A stretch of 64,000 nt of DNA, taken from assembly GCA_046725195.1 (NCBI GenBank), contig JBKOYD010000016.1:49451-113450 (forward strand), read 5' to 3'. Positions 22,111 to 32,681 of the stretch are shown piece after piece (the stretch's first letter is position 1; the number at the start of each line of letters is the position of its first letter). The translations under genes were made by a program, and so were the position numbers. Under the pieces are notes generated by a model. It was given only the letters and a program-made list of their open reading frames with translations, was not told where the DNA came from and did not search any database. This stretch comes from Acidobacteriota bacterium. GTDB taxonomy: Bacteria > Acidobacteriota > Blastocatellia > Pyrinomonadales > Pyrinomonadaceae.

Positions 22111-22298
22111 GTCTCGCGATTTTCAAACGCAACTCTTCCCGAGTCAACTGGAAGAGTTTTGATACTTTCAAAGCCAAATCCATAGTCGAACTTCAACGTA
22201 ATGAAGCTGGCACATTTTGTTGAAACAAACGCGTAGTTTGTCGTTTAGATAGTTCACACCTTCGGGTGACATCATTACGGACAAAAAGGGTAAAATCA

Positions 22299-22496
22299 AT
22301 GAGGGTTGAGAAAGAAATAGGATTTAATGAGTGGCTCTTGGGTTCTACAATTTTGTGTCAAGCGTGCGGATGTCTTTGGCTTGTTCCAGTAGCGCAAACG
22401 GGAGACAGTTACACCTGCAGGCAGTGCGGTAGCGAAGTAACGAGCAAACCAAAGCCCATGACTAATGATCAGCCGAAGAAACCGACTCATTACTAA
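22299..22496 (+). CDS. small zinc-ribbon-like hypothetical protein
   Basis: CQACG-x19-CRQCG pair. The start is uncertain (track 22266; ATG 22299 preferred). Confidence 0.4.
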   Translation: MRVEKEIGFNEWLLGSTILCQACGCLWLVPVAQTGDSYTCRQCGSEVTSKPKPMTNDQPKKPTHY

Positions 22497-22682
22497 CGGT
22501 TAACTGAAATCTCAAGCCGCGACAATTGGGGAACCCGTATCGAGCGCATCTTTGACTGACCCGTTATTGTCACAAAACACTTCAGGGCGGTGTTTACCTC
22601 ACAGAACCAGCTTGTAGTTTGTCCGTTTACCGGTTTTCCGTTCCAACCAGACCAGTTATCCCTAGTTCTTCAGGAGGTCAAG

Positions 22683-23792
22683 ATGAGACATTTTGCCGGA
22701 AAACTAGCTCTTTTTCTCGCCGACACCCGCCTACGCTTCGTCACTTTACTAGCAGTCCTGTCGCTCCTTTGGTGCTATCCAAGTTCGGAAATCAGTTATT
22801 CAAATCCGCAAGACTCAAGTGTTAATCAGTGGTTGATTGAGTTCACAACGAACGAAGCTAAAGTGCAGCTTACGATGCGGTACCGACGCGAACGCGATAC
22901 CGGTTTCAGTTACAGCAACACAGGATTCGGAATCGAGTTGGACCAACTAGTTGGCCTGACGCGCGAGCAGGTCATGTCATCAGGCTCCAACGTTCGCTTT
23001 CAGCTGAAACGCGATGCCGGTGTCTTTAACTTTGAAGGCTGGTTCAAAGATGGCAACGGATCTGGTCACTTTACCTTCAGCCCTAGTGCTTCATTCGCCG
23101 CTGACCTTGCCAGACAAGGATTCGGCAAACCAACAGACGAACAATTGCTTTCGCTGGCAATGACGGACACTGGCTTCGCTTTCATCAATGAGCTTAAGGC
23201 CCAGGGCTACGACACTTCTACTGTCGAACAGCTGGTAAGAATGGGCAATCACGGAGTGAGGTTGGAATACCTGCAAGGTTTAAAGGCTCTTGGTTACTCT
23301 GTCAAAACAACTGACTTAGTTGTGCGTATGAAGGACCATGGCGTCAACCTGAATTTCATTCGCGAGTTGGCAGCACTTGGTTACAACAACCTCAGCACTG
23401 AAGAGTTGATACGTACCAAAGATCATGGTGTCAACGCCCATTACATCAACGAGTTCATTGCGGCTGGTTACGGTCGCTCAACTCTGGATGACTGGATCAC
23501 GCTGAAGGATCATGGAGTCAGCACAGTTTTTGTAGCCGAGTTAAAAGACCTTGGATACGCCCGCCTACCACTGGAGGAGCTGCGGCGCATGAAAGATCAT
23601 GGAGTTAGTGCATCCTTCATAAGGGAACTAAAGGATCTCGGCTACAGCAATCTGACGGTGGACCAGCTGGTACGCCTAAAGGATCATGGAGTGACCGCCA
23701 GTTACATCCGCAGGATGAAAGAGCAGGGATTCAGCGATCTGACGCTTGATGACTATATCCGCATGAAGGATAGAGGAGCGCGCGACGAATAA
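22683..23792 (+). CDS. secreted/membrane-anchored protein with about 7.5 tandem 30-aa 'KDHGV' repeats
   Basis: AGGAGG (22672-22677) lies 5 nt before ATG 22683. Hydrophobic N-terminus. The C-terminal half is a repeat of L.R.KDHGV...FI.ELK.LGY..L.... Confidence 0.75.
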   Translation: MRHFAGKLALFLADTRLRFVTLLAVLSLLWCYPSSEISYSNPQDSSVNQWLIEFTTNEAKVQLTMRYRRERDTGFSYSNTGFGIELDQLVGLTREQVMSSGSNVRFQLKRDAGVFNFEGWFKDGNGSGHFTFSPSASFAADLARQGFGKPTDEQLLSLAMTDTGFAFINELKAQGYDTSTVEQLVRMGNHGVRLEYLQGLKALGYSVKTTDLVVRMKDHGVNLNFIRELAALGYNNLSTEELIRTKDHGVNAHYINEFIAAGYGRSTLDDWITLKDHGVSTVFVAELKDLGYARLPLEELRRMKDHGVSASFIRELKDLGYSNLTVDQLVRLKDHGVTASYIRRMKEQGFSDLTLDDYIRMKDRGARDE

Positions 23793-23800
23793 GCCGAGGT

Positions 23801-23912
23801 TTGCGCTTTGTACTTTGAGCAAGTTCTTTGTTCTTTGTCCGGCGACTTCTTGTAAGTCGCAAAGCACAAGGTACGAAGCACAAAACACAAAGTACAAGGC
23901 ACAAAGAAAGCA
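23801..23912. repeat. low-complexity palindromic element (CTTTGT / ACAAAG word family)
   Basis: The left arm is rich in ctttgtactttg..ctttgttctttg and the right arm in caaagcacaag..caaagtacaagg. Central hairpin gcgac(9 nt)gtcgc at 23842-23860. Starts 9 nt after the stop codon. Confidence 0.6.
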
Positions 23913-24042
23913 TCAAGCACCAGCTTGGGCCGTTTGACTATTTCAGTCTGTCGGTTTAGGTTTTTTCCCGTTCAGGCATCCAAATAGAGGGCAGTTCGCT
24001 CTAAAACATCTCCCGCAACGCTACTTAAGTTTGAGGATTGAA

Positions 24043-26130
24043 ATGAAATTAAGAAAATTCTGTTCTGCGCTCCTCCTGGCGCTGTTTACTCTGCAAACTC
24101 TCCATACTTCAGTCCTCGCCGACGAGGGTATGTGGACGTTCAACAACGTTCCACGCGCAGAGATTAAGAAAAAGTACGGCTTTGACGTTACCGCTGAATG
24201 GTTAAATAAAGTTCGCCTTGCCTCCGTAAGATTCAACAATGGCGGATCCGGCTCATTTGTATCGCCGAATGGCCTCGTTCTGACTAACTACCACATCGTC
24301 GAGGATATCGTCGGCGAGGTCAGTACCCCGCAGAAAGACCTGGCGAAAGAAGGATTCGTTGCCCGCACCCGAGCGGAAGAGATTAAAGCCCCGAGCCTCG
24401 AGCTTAATGTGCTGATGAGTATCGAGGATGTAACAGCGCGGGTGAATGGTGCTGTAAAGGCAGGTGCCACTGACGCAGAGGCATTCGCCGCACGACGCGC
24501 AGAGATTGCCGCAATCGAGGGAGAGTCGTTAAAAGCAACGGGCTTGCGTTCAGACGTAGTTACCCTTTATCAGGGAGGCCAATACAATCTCTATCGCTAC
24601 AAGAAATATACAGATGTTCGTCTCGTTTTTGTGCCTGAATTTCAAGCAGCGTTTTTTGGCGGCGATCCCGATAACTTTAATTTTCCTCGTTTCAACATCG
24701 ACATGGCGTTGGTTCGTGTCTATGAAAACGATCAACCGGTACATCCTGAACAATACTTCAAATGGTCCACAACCGGCGCGAAGGAGGGCAGTCTCGTTTT
24801 TGTTACCGGCAATCCCGGTTCCACCTCTCGGTTAGACACTGTTGCCCATCTTGAGCAATTGCGTGATACCAGCATCCCCATCATCCTTCGGCTTCTCGAA
24901 CGACGGGAGGCGGTGCTAAAGAAGTACATGGCACTCGGTGAAGAGCAAACACGCCAGGCCCAGAATGAGCTTAACAGTGTTCAGAACAGCTTGAAGGTTT
25001 ATCGCGGTCAACTTCAGGGACTCAAAGACGCGTCTTTAATTGCCCGCAAGACCAAAGAAGAACAAGCTCTACGCAAGTCGATCGCGGCCAATGCTGATCG
25101 ACAGAAAATGTACGGCGACGCCTGGGACTCCATTGCAAAGGCGCATCACGCTTATCCGAGCTACGTTCGCGACCGCAGAATTTTTGAGCAAGCAGGTGGT
25201 TTCAACAGCACATTGTTTAACTTCGCTCGTACTTTAGTCCGGCTTGCAGCAGAGAATGAGAAACCTAATGCAGAGCGCTTGCCTGAATACACTGATGCTC
25301 GTCGCGCTTCGCTCGAACTCGGGTTGTACTCGCCAGCTCCGATTCATGAAGATTTTGAGAAGTTAAAACTGGCTGACTCGTTGGGTTTCATGGTTGAACT
25401 CTTAGGAGCGGACAATGCTTTGGTAAAGCAAGTCCTCGATGGAAAGACTCCTGAAGCGAGAGCGAATGAATTGGTCGAAGGTACAAAACTGAAAGACCCA
25501 GCCTATCGCAAAGAATTGGCCAACGGTGGAAGGGCCGCAATCGACGCTTCGAACGACCCGATGATCGCTGTTGCCCGTCTCATTGACCCGAAAGCGCGTG
25601 AGGCACGCAAACGTTACGAAAGCGAAGTCACCGGTGTTGAGCGAACGAATTATGGCAAGATTGCCCGAGCATTGTTCGAAACTGAGGGGACCAAACTCTA
25701 TCCGGATGCGACCTTCACACTTCGTCTTTCATATGGTGCGGTAAAGGGCTACATGGAGAACGGAAAGAAAGTTGCGCCATTCACGACGCTTGGTGGACTC
25801 TATGCTCGCGCTGAATCGTTCAAGCAGCAGTTTCCGTACAACTTGCCCCCGCGCTGGATCGAAAAGAAGGCGGCGCTCGATTTGAACGCGCCCCTTAATT
25901 TCGTTTCGACGAATGACATCATTGGAGGAAACTCAGGGTCACCCACCATAAACCAGAACGGTGAGTTAGTGGGACTGATCTTCGACGGTAACATCCAATC
26001 GCTCGTAGGAGATTTCATCTACGATGAGTCCGTCAACCGCGCTATTTCAGTGGACTCGCGAGGCATGTTAGAGGTTTTGAAGAAAGTCTTTAATGCGAAT
26101 GAAATTGCTGCCGAGCTAACGGCGAGCTAG
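24043..26130 (+). CDS. S46 family dipeptidyl-peptidase (DPP7/DPP11-like)
   Basis: Signal peptide, then the mature N-terminus DEGMW. Catalytic Ser block GGNSGSP near the C-terminus. About 695 aa. Confidence 0.85.
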   Translation: MKLRKFCSALLLALFTLQTLHTSVLADEGMWTFNNVPRAEIKKKYGFDVTAEWLNKVRLASVRFNNGGSGSFVSPNGLVLTNYHIVEDIVGEVSTPQKDLAKEGFVARTRAEEIKAPSLELNVLMSIEDVTARVNGAVKAGATDAEAFAARRAEIAAIEGESLKATGLRSDVVTLYQGGQYNLYRYKKYTDVRLVFVPEFQAAFFGGDPDNFNFPRFNIDMALVRVYENDQPVHPEQYFKWSTTGAKEGSLVFVTGNPGSTSRLDTVAHLEQLRDTSIPIILRLLERREAVLKKYMALGEEQTRQAQNELNSVQNSLKVYRGQLQGLKDASLIARKTKEEQALRKSIAANADRQKMYGDAWDSIAKAHHAYPSYVRDRRIFEQAGGFNSTLFNFARTLVRLAAENEKPNAERLPEYTDARRASLELGLYSPAPIHEDFEKLKLADSLGFMVELLGADNALVKQVLDGKTPEARANELVEGTKLKDPAYRKELANGGRAAIDASNDPMIAVARLIDPKAREARKRYESEVTGVERTNYGKIARALFETEGTKLYPDATFTLRLSYGAVKGYMENGKKVAPFTTLGGLYARAESFKQQFPYNLPPRWIEKKAALDLNAPLNFVSTNDIIGGNSGSPTINQNGELVGLIFDGNIQSLVGDFIYDESVNRAISVDSRGMLEVLKKVFNANEIAAELTAS

Positions 26131-26134
26131 AGAA

Positions 26135-28654
26135 CTATGCCTTCTCGAGACCGGCATACTTCTGCACCAGCTTCTTCTGACCGTAACCAGGAAAACTAAC
26201 CGTCAACTTGATCGAGTCGCCGGCTCCTTCACGACGAAGAACGAGGCCGCGTCCATATTTCGAATGTTTCACGTACGACCCCGGAACGAATTCGCCTGTA
26301 GTTGAAGAAGATGCGTCGGAATTGATGGGGCGCTGAGACTTTGCCCGTTGCTCTTTGGTCCAGCCTCCGACATTCGGCAAGCTGCCTGACGTCTGGCCCA
26401 TCTTCTGGTCGCGTTGTTTGAAGAACTCGGCAATCGAATCAGCGCTGTCGTAGGTTTTGCCTGTGTACTTTTTCTTCTCTTTTCTATATTCACCGTTCTG
26501 GTAATCAATCGCCGAAGAGCCACGTGCAAACGAGAGCCATGATTTCCCCAAGCTCAGATCTTCGAGAAGGTCGATTGGCATTTCGTTCAAAAACTGCGAT
26601 GGTTCAGAAGCCAGCTCTTCACCATATACCCGGCGCTTCATTGCATGTGACACGTATAGATACCGTTCGGCGCGTGTCATTGCCACGTATGCGAGACGTC
26701 GCTCTTCTTCGAGGTCAGCCGGGTCGGTGGCGGCGCGCGAGTGCGGAAATAGTCCATCTTCCAGACCAACAATAAACACAAGCGGAAACTCGAGACCTTT
26801 TGCCGAGTGCGCCGTCAACAGCGTGACTGGCGCATCGCGTTTGTACGCGTCTTGATCGGAGACCAAAGCAGAGTGGTCGATGAATTCTCGAAGTCCTTCG
26901 AGTCCTTGATCATCGTAATCCACAGCGGCGTTGACTAGTTCCTGTAAATTCTCGAGACGCCCTTCAGCTTCGTCAGATTTTTCTGAACGCAACGCATTTT
27001 CGTAGCCGGTGTCGAGGATCGCCGAGCGGACGATATCGGAAACGGGAGAGTCGCTCGTTGTTTCGCGAAAGTCAGCCTGACGCGACGCGCTAGCTCTGAT
27101 CACAGTGCCGGCGTTTTCTGAATCCTCGGAAGGGATCGGAGGCGACGAGGCAGGCGTGACGCTCCCAGTAAGGGTGGTCCCAATGTCGGCGGTCCCAGCG
27201 ATGAGAGTGTTTTCGTTTCCCGCTAATTTCGCGAGGCGAATGATGATGTTACGGAAGCTCCTCAACGCACTAACGGCGCGAGTACTTAAATTGTCCGGCT
27301 TATCAACGATTATCGCAATTGTCTCCCACCACGAAAGCCCGTAGTCCTTCGCTCGTCGTTCGATCTCATCGATCGTCTGTTTGCCAATTCCTCGCGGAGG
27401 ACTGTTAATTACTCGCTGTAGCGCAATTGAATCGTTCGGATTCAGCGCGAGCTTCAAATACGCGATGATGTCGCGCACTTCCATCCGCTCATAGAATGAG
27501 AATCCGCCGATGATGTTGTACGGCAGACCGGCGCGGCGCATTGCTTCTTCAAATACACGCGACTGCGAGTTCGTTCGATAAAGAACAGCTGCGCGCACGT
27601 CGAATTCGTCACGACGATGCTCGAGAATTTTTCCCGCTACCCAGCGCGCTTCCGCCTCTGCATCAAACGCCTGGTAATATCCCACTCGTTCGCCGCGGGG
27701 ATTTGAAGTCCAAAGGCTTTTTCCCTTGCGTGCGATATTGTTCTTCACAACCGCGCCGGCCACGTCGAGAATTGTTTGAGTCGACCGATAGTTCTGTTCA
27801 AGTCGAATGATTTTTGTGTTTGGAAAATGCTTTTCGAAGTTAAGAATGTTAGTGATATCCGCACCACGCCACTTGTAGATCGACTGATCTTCGTCGCCCA
27901 CCACGCAGATGTTCTGCTGTTTCTGAGTTAGCAAGCTGATAAGGGAGAACTGCAATGAGTTAGTGTCCTGGTATTCGTCCACGAGGATGTAGCGAAACTT
28001 GTTGTTGTACTTCTCTCGAATCTCGCCGACATCGCGTAAAAGCCGCACGGTTTTAATCAGCAAGTCGTCGAAATCGAGCGCGTTGTTCGAGTGCAAGCGC
28101 TCTTCGTACATCTTGTAAACCCGAGCCATTGCCGCACGTCGTTCATCCACATAATCAGCACGGGCTGCAAAGGCTTCCGTATCTTCGCCACGATTTTTCG
28201 CTGAACTGATCGCAGACTGCGTTGCCCGTTGTCCCAGATATTTCTCGTCGTAACCGAGATCCTTAATGCACTGTTTGATTAGACGCAGCGAATCGTCCTG
28301 ATCGTAGATGGTGAATCTTCGACTGTATTTGTCGTCGAGCTTCTCAATGTCCTGGCGAAGAATGCGTACACACAAGCTGTGGAATGTCGAAACGAGCGGC
28401 AGGCTCGGGATCTCCTGCCCACGTAAAAGTCGTTGCACTCGTTGGCGCATCTCTTCGGCTGCCTTGTTCGTGAAGGTCACCGCCAGAATATTCCATGGAG
28501 GCACACTTTTTTCGGCGATGAGATAAGCGATGCGGTGAGCAATGACGCGCGTCTTTCCAGAGCCGGCGCCGGCCAGAATCAACAGTGGGCCTTCGGTAGC
28601 TAGTACAGCTTCACGCTGCTGTTCGTTAAGTTGTGACAGAAAATCGGAATCCAC
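26135..28654 (-). CDS. pcrA: ATP-dependent DNA helicase PcrA/UvrD family
   Basis: AGAGSGKTRVIAHRIAYLI, VDEYQDTN, and the SF1 motifs through to VAMTRAE. Contains a roughly 70-aa low-complexity insert and a C-terminal Tudor-like tail. Confidence 0.9.
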   Translation of the reverse strand: MDSDFLSQLNEQQREAVLATEGPLLILAGAGSGKTRVIAHRIAYLIAEKSVPPWNILAVTFTNKAAEEMRQRVQRLLRGQEIPSLPLVSTFHSLCVRILRQDIEKLDDKYSRRFTIYDQDDSLRLIKQCIKDLGYDEKYLGQRATQSAISSAKNRGEDTEAFAARADYVDERRAAMARVYKMYEERLHSNNALDFDDLLIKTVRLLRDVGEIREKYNNKFRYILVDEYQDTNSLQFSLISLLTQKQQNICVVGDEDQSIYKWRGADITNILNFEKHFPNTKIIRLEQNYRSTQTILDVAGAVVKNNIARKGKSLWTSNPRGERVGYYQAFDAEAEARWVAGKILEHRRDEFDVRAAVLYRTNSQSRVFEEAMRRAGLPYNIIGGFSFYERMEVRDIIAYLKLALNPNDSIALQRVINSPPRGIGKQTIDEIERRAKDYGLSWWETIAIIVDKPDNLSTRAVSALRSFRNIIIRLAKLAGNENTLIAGTADIGTTLTGSVTPASSPPIPSEDSENAGTVIRASASRQADFRETTSDSPVSDIVRSAILDTGYENALRSEKSDEAEGRLENLQELVNAAVDYDDQGLEGLREFIDHSALVSDQDAYKRDAPVTLLTAHSAKGLEFPLVFIVGLEDGLFPHSRAATDPADLEEERRLAYVAMTRAERYLYVSHAMKRRVYGEELASEPSQFLNEMPIDLLEDLSLGKSWLSFARGSSAIDYQNGEYRKEKKKYTGKTYDSADSIAEFFKQRDQKMGQTSGSLPNVGGWTKEQRAKSQRPINSDASSSTTGEFVPGSYVKHSKYGRGLVLRREGAGDSIKLTVSFPGYGQKKLVQKYAGLEKA

Positions 28655-29212
28655 TTATTTTATTAGTCCTTGAATTGCCTTGAACTGTTCGTGCTTAGCG
28701 TCTTTCATAAGCTCAAAGAGTGCCATTTCAATTGAAGATGGAAGGGCACCGCTAATTTCCATCTTGCGGAAAGCAGCTGCTTTGTCGTTTTGCTTTCGAG
28801 CAGTAATGCAGTCGGTCAACAAGTGAACCTGAAAACCGCTTGCGAGTAGATCGTGTACGGTTTGGTTAACGCATATGTGCGCTTCGATGTCGGTGACAAG
28901 CACTTGTTTGACTCTCGCATTTTCCAATTGCGACTGGAATTGATGCGCGCCGCAGGAACTAAATGCTGTCTTCTCGATTATGTCGGTTTGCTCGGGAAGC
29001 ACTTGGGCAATCTCCGCCGCCGTGTGGCCTAGACCTTTTGGATATTGTTCCGTCACGAACACGGGGAGATGCAACAAGTTCGCGGCTCTTACGGCAACCG
29101 ATATTCGTTCAGCGGTTTGAGTAAAGTCAGCGATGTTGGAGCGAAAAGCCTCCTGCATGTCGATTATGAGGAGACCCGACCGCGTGAGTTCGAGCGTATT
29201 CTGGTGTTGCAT
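28655..29212 (-). CDS. isochorismatase-family cysteine hydrolase
   Basis: LLIIDMQEAF, and the catalytic Cys context TDIEAHICV. Its stop abuts the pcrA start. Confidence 0.85.
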   Translation of the reverse strand: MQHQNTLELTRSGLLIIDMQEAFRSNIADFTQTAERISVAVRAANLLHLPVFVTEQYPKGLGHTAAEIAQVLPEQTDIIEKTAFSSCGAHQFQSQLENARVKQVLVTDIEAHICVNQTVHDLLASGFQVHLLTDCITARKQNDKAAAFRKMEISGALPSSIEMALFELMKDAKHEQFKAIQGLIK

Positions 29213-29452
29213 GTTGAATATGTGAGTAGCATTTAATCACAACGGCTGAATGAGACAAAACACGCGAGGATAAGCTTCGCACAAAAAGTGAAAATAGCAC
29301 TTATTAACCTCGGAGTCCGGAAGTGATTGATAAAACCGCACAGCAACTTTGGGCGCAAGAACCGGATAGATCGCGCTTCATCTAGGCTTTATGATCAGCC
29401 CTGGATTTCGGATACTGGAGGGACAAAATTGACGCTAGCCCTGAGACATCAA

Positions 29453-30529
29453 ATGGACACTTCAACGGCAGCAGATGAACGACTCTGGCAAGCGGTCGTC
29501 TCGAAAGACGCTCGCTTCGACGGACAATTCGTTTTCGCTGTGAGCTCCACCAAGATCTACTGCCGTCCTTCCTGTCCGGCACGGCGGCCACATCGTGAAC
29601 AAGTCACCTTCTTTAATTTGCCGGAAGCTGCCGAAGAAGCTGGCTATCGCGCCTGCTTGCGCTGCCACCCGAAAAAGGGCCGCGCGGTGGATCCGCAGAT
29701 CGAATTGGTCCAGCAAGTCTGCCGCTACCTGGATGCCGGTGAAACTGAGACCATCAAACTTGCGGAACTCGCAAAGCATGCAGGTGTCAGTGTGTTTCAT
29801 TTGCAGCGGACATTTAAGAACATAATGGGAATAAGTCCCCGCCAATATCTTGCGACGAAGAGATTTGGCAACTTCAAGACGCGCGTGCACAGAGGCGAAT
29901 CAGTGACTAACGCGCTTTACGACTCCGGTTTCAATTCGAGCAGCAGACTGTACGAACATGCTGCTGGAGAACTGGGAATGACGCCGGCAACATACGGTCG
30001 TGGCGGCCGTGGGGTGAAAGTCCGGTACACCATCGTCTCTTCGACTTTGGGTCGCTTGTTGGTGGCGGTCACTGAACGTGGGGTATGTGCCGTCAGAATG
30101 GCTGACAGTGATCAGGAATTAGAAAAGAACCTGCGAGAGGAATTCCCAGCCGCGGAAATTCAACGTGCCGACTCAGCACTGGCCGAGACAGTAAAGCGCG
30201 TCGTCAGTTACTTATCGAACAAAGAACCGCACGTCGATCTGCCGCTGGACATTCGAGCAACAGCTTTTCAGAGGCAGGTATGGGAGAAGCTACGCTCTAT
30301 TCCGTACGGTAAGACTGTTTCATACGGTGATGTGGCAAAGGCCCTGGGCAAACCCGGCGCGGTTCGAGCGGTAGGCCGGGCGTGTGCAACCAATCCGGTA
30401 GCGTTGTTAATCCCGTGCCATCGAGTCGTCCGTGAGGATCAGAGTTTGGGTGGCTATCGTTGGGGACTGGACCGAAAAAGAAAACTTCTCGAGCATGAGC
30501 GCGACTTGGTTGAAGAGACACACAAATAA
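29453..30529 (+). CDS. ada: bifunctional Ada: methylphosphotriester-DNA methyltransferase / AraC-type regulator / O6-methylguanine-DNA methyltransferase
   Basis: Ada Zn-Cys4 N-domain (YCRPSCPARRP...CLRCHP), HTH_AraC, and the MGMT active site IPCHRVV. The start may be TTG 29429, which has GGAGGG 7 nt upstream. Confidence 0.85.
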   Translation: MDTSTAADERLWQAVVSKDARFDGQFVFAVSSTKIYCRPSCPARRPHREQVTFFNLPEAAEEAGYRACLRCHPKKGRAVDPQIELVQQVCRYLDAGETETIKLAELAKHAGVSVFHLQRTFKNIMGISPRQYLATKRFGNFKTRVHRGESVTNALYDSGFNSSSRLYEHAAGELGMTPATYGRGGRGVKVRYTIVSSTLGRLLVAVTERGVCAVRMADSDQELEKNLREEFPAAEIQRADSALAETVKRVVSYLSNKEPHVDLPLDIRATAFQRQVWEKLRSIPYGKTVSYGDVAKALGKPGAVRAVGRACATNPVALLIPCHRVVREDQSLGGYRWGLDRKRKLLEHERDLVEETHK

Positions 30530-30793
30530 TCCACCATTACGCAGATCCCGCAGACTCAGCAATCCAAGCAAAAACACAACAGGCAGTCTCAGAGTTAACG
30601 TAAGTAACCAGATTAGCCTTTAGTTATCGATTGCAGATTTGCTCTGACCATCTGTGTGACCCTTTTCGCCACGAGATTGCGCGTGTAACTGGAAGGAGGG
30701 CAAAACTGGCTACTTCATCGGCGGGCACGCTTAGGGGGATGTGGTGCCTCAGCCATTGCCCTCCTCGCGGGGGGCCAGCATGCGAATTGTAAA

Positions 30794-32656
30794 TTATTCC
30801 ACAGTAACCGACTTTGCCAGGTTTCGAGGTTGGTCCACATCACAGCCGCGCCGTACTGCGATGTGATAAGCAAGCAATTGGAGTGGAACGGCGGAAAGAA
30901 TCGGCGACAGAAGATCGCTCGATGGAGGAATCTCAATCACATAATCAGACACAACTGACGACATCGCATCGCCTTCCGTCAGAACTGAAATCACAATACC
31001 TTCACGCGCCTTTACCTCGACAATATTCGAATGCGTCTTTTCATAACGAAGCTCCGAAGCGCGGTTACCTTCTTCGCGAGTGTTGATGAAAAGTACCGGC
31101 AGTCGTTCGTCGATCAATGCGTTCGGTCCATGTTTCATCTCACCGGCCGGATAACCTTCAGCGTGAATGTACGAAATTTCTTTCAGTTTCAGTGCGCCTT
31201 CGAGGGCTACCGGAAAGTTTATGCCACGACCCAGATACAGGAAGTCTGTTGAGCGGAAGAACTCTTTTGAAAGTTCCTCAATACCATCGGACTCATTCAG
31301 AAGATGCTCCAGTTTGACCGGGAGCTCCGCGAGTTGTTGTGCGTGATGTCTTACTTCGCTGTCAGAAAGTACTCCACGCAGTTGTCCGAGATATAGACCG
31401 AGCAAGTAAAGTGCGACCATCTGTCCTGTAAAAGCCTTTGTTGAAGCTACGCCTATCTCTGGGCCAGCATGGGTCAGAATGGTGCCGTCTGCCTCGCGCA
31501 CGATCATTGAACCCTGGACGTTGCAAATCGCCAGCACCTTGGCACCGAGTTCCTTAGCTTCTCGTAGTGCGGCAATCGTGTCGGCTGTTTCTCCTGATTG
31601 AGAAATAACGAGAAGAAGTGCGTTTTCGTCCATCACGGGATTGCGATATCGAAACTCGGAAGCATAATCGACATCGACCTGAATCCGCGCGAGTTGCTCA
31701 ATCATGTATTTACCCGCTAAGCCGGCGTGCCACGACGTTCCGCACGCAGCAATCTTGATCGAGGTGAAGCGTTTGAAATCAGTCTCAGTGATATTGTTCA
31801 TCTCGTCGAGAAAGACGTGACCGCTATCGAGTGAAATTCGACCCGTTACCGTGTCGCGAACGGAGCGCGGCTGCTCGTAAATCTCTTTGAGCATGAAATG
31901 CTTAAAGCCGCCCTTTTCCGCCATTATCGGATCCCACGTTATTCGCTGGATCGAGGGCTGTATCGAGTTTCCTTCGAAATCGATTACGCGAACAGCATCC
32001 TTATTGATGATGGCAATCTCACCGTCACCAAGAAAGAAAACGTCCCGGGTGTGTTGCAGGATAGGAGGGATGTCAGACGCCACAAAGAATTCTCGGTCGC
32101 CCAGCCCGATAACAACCGGCGGCCCTTGTCGCACAGCGATGATCGTGTCTGGTTCGTCGGCGTTGATGATCGAAAGCGCAAAAATACCGCGGAGTTCTGC
32201 TACGGCAGCTCTTACCGCCTGTTCGAACTTGAAATCCTGTTTGAGGTGCTCCTCAATAAGGTGGGCGATGATCTCGGTGTCGGTTTCGGTAACGAATCGA
32301 TGGTCGGTCTTACGAAGCCGCTCCTTGAGCTGTAGGTAGTTTTCGATGATGCCGTTGTGCACGACTACGACCCGACCAGTGCAGTCCCTATGAGGATGCG
32401 CATTTTCTTCGGTAGGCCGTCCGTGCGTGGCCCAACGCGTGTGTCCGATTCCGTAAGTTCCATCGAGCGGATTTAGGCGAATGGTCTCTTCGAGGTTGCG
32501 CAGTTTGCCTTCCGCGCGACGGATTTCAAGGTCATGTGCTTCGTTGACGACCGCGATTCCAGCGGAGTCGTAGCCACGATATTCAAGTTTCCGCAGGCCA
32601 TCAATGATCAGCGGTACTACCTGTTTGTTGCCTACATAACCGACGATTCCACACAT
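30794..32656 (-). CDS. glmS: glutamine--fructose-6-phosphate aminotransferase
   Basis: MCGIVGY N-terminal nucleophile, two SIS domains, C-terminal ...AKSVTVE. Confidence 0.95.
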   Translation of the reverse strand: MCGIVGYVGNKQVVPLIIDGLRKLEYRGYDSAGIAVVNEAHDLEIRRAEGKLRNLEETIRLNPLDGTYGIGHTRWATHGRPTEENAHPHRDCTGRVVVVHNGIIENYLQLKERLRKTDHRFVTETDTEIIAHLIEEHLKQDFKFEQAVRAAVAELRGIFALSIINADEPDTIIAVRQGPPVVIGLGDREFFVASDIPPILQHTRDVFFLGDGEIAIINKDAVRVIDFEGNSIQPSIQRITWDPIMAEKGGFKHFMLKEIYEQPRSVRDTVTGRISLDSGHVFLDEMNNITETDFKRFTSIKIAACGTSWHAGLAGKYMIEQLARIQVDVDYASEFRYRNPVMDENALLLVISQSGETADTIAALREAKELGAKVLAICNVQGSMIVREADGTILTHAGPEIGVASTKAFTGQMVALYLLGLYLGQLRGVLSDSEVRHHAQQLAELPVKLEHLLNESDGIEELSKEFFRSTDFLYLGRGINFPVALEGALKLKEISYIHAEGYPAGEMKHGPNALIDERLPVLFINTREEGNRASELRYEKTHSNIVEVKAREGIVISVLTEGDAMSSVVSDYVIEIPPSSDLLSPILSAVPLQLLAYHIAVRRGCDVDQPRNLAKSVTVE

Positions 32657-32681
32657 GTTGCCAGTTGACTCCTGCTTCGAA

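Noticed and set aside
22131-22160. Terminator-like hairpin aactcttcc-N10-ggaagagtt followed by TTTT on the plus strand
   Set aside because: No plus-strand gene lies upstream of it. It sits in the 5' leader region of tilS on the opposite strand, so its significance is unclear.
32657-32681. glmS ribozyme upstream of glmS
   Set aside because: Only 25 nt separate glmU from glmS, which leaves no room for the ribozyme of about 170 nt.
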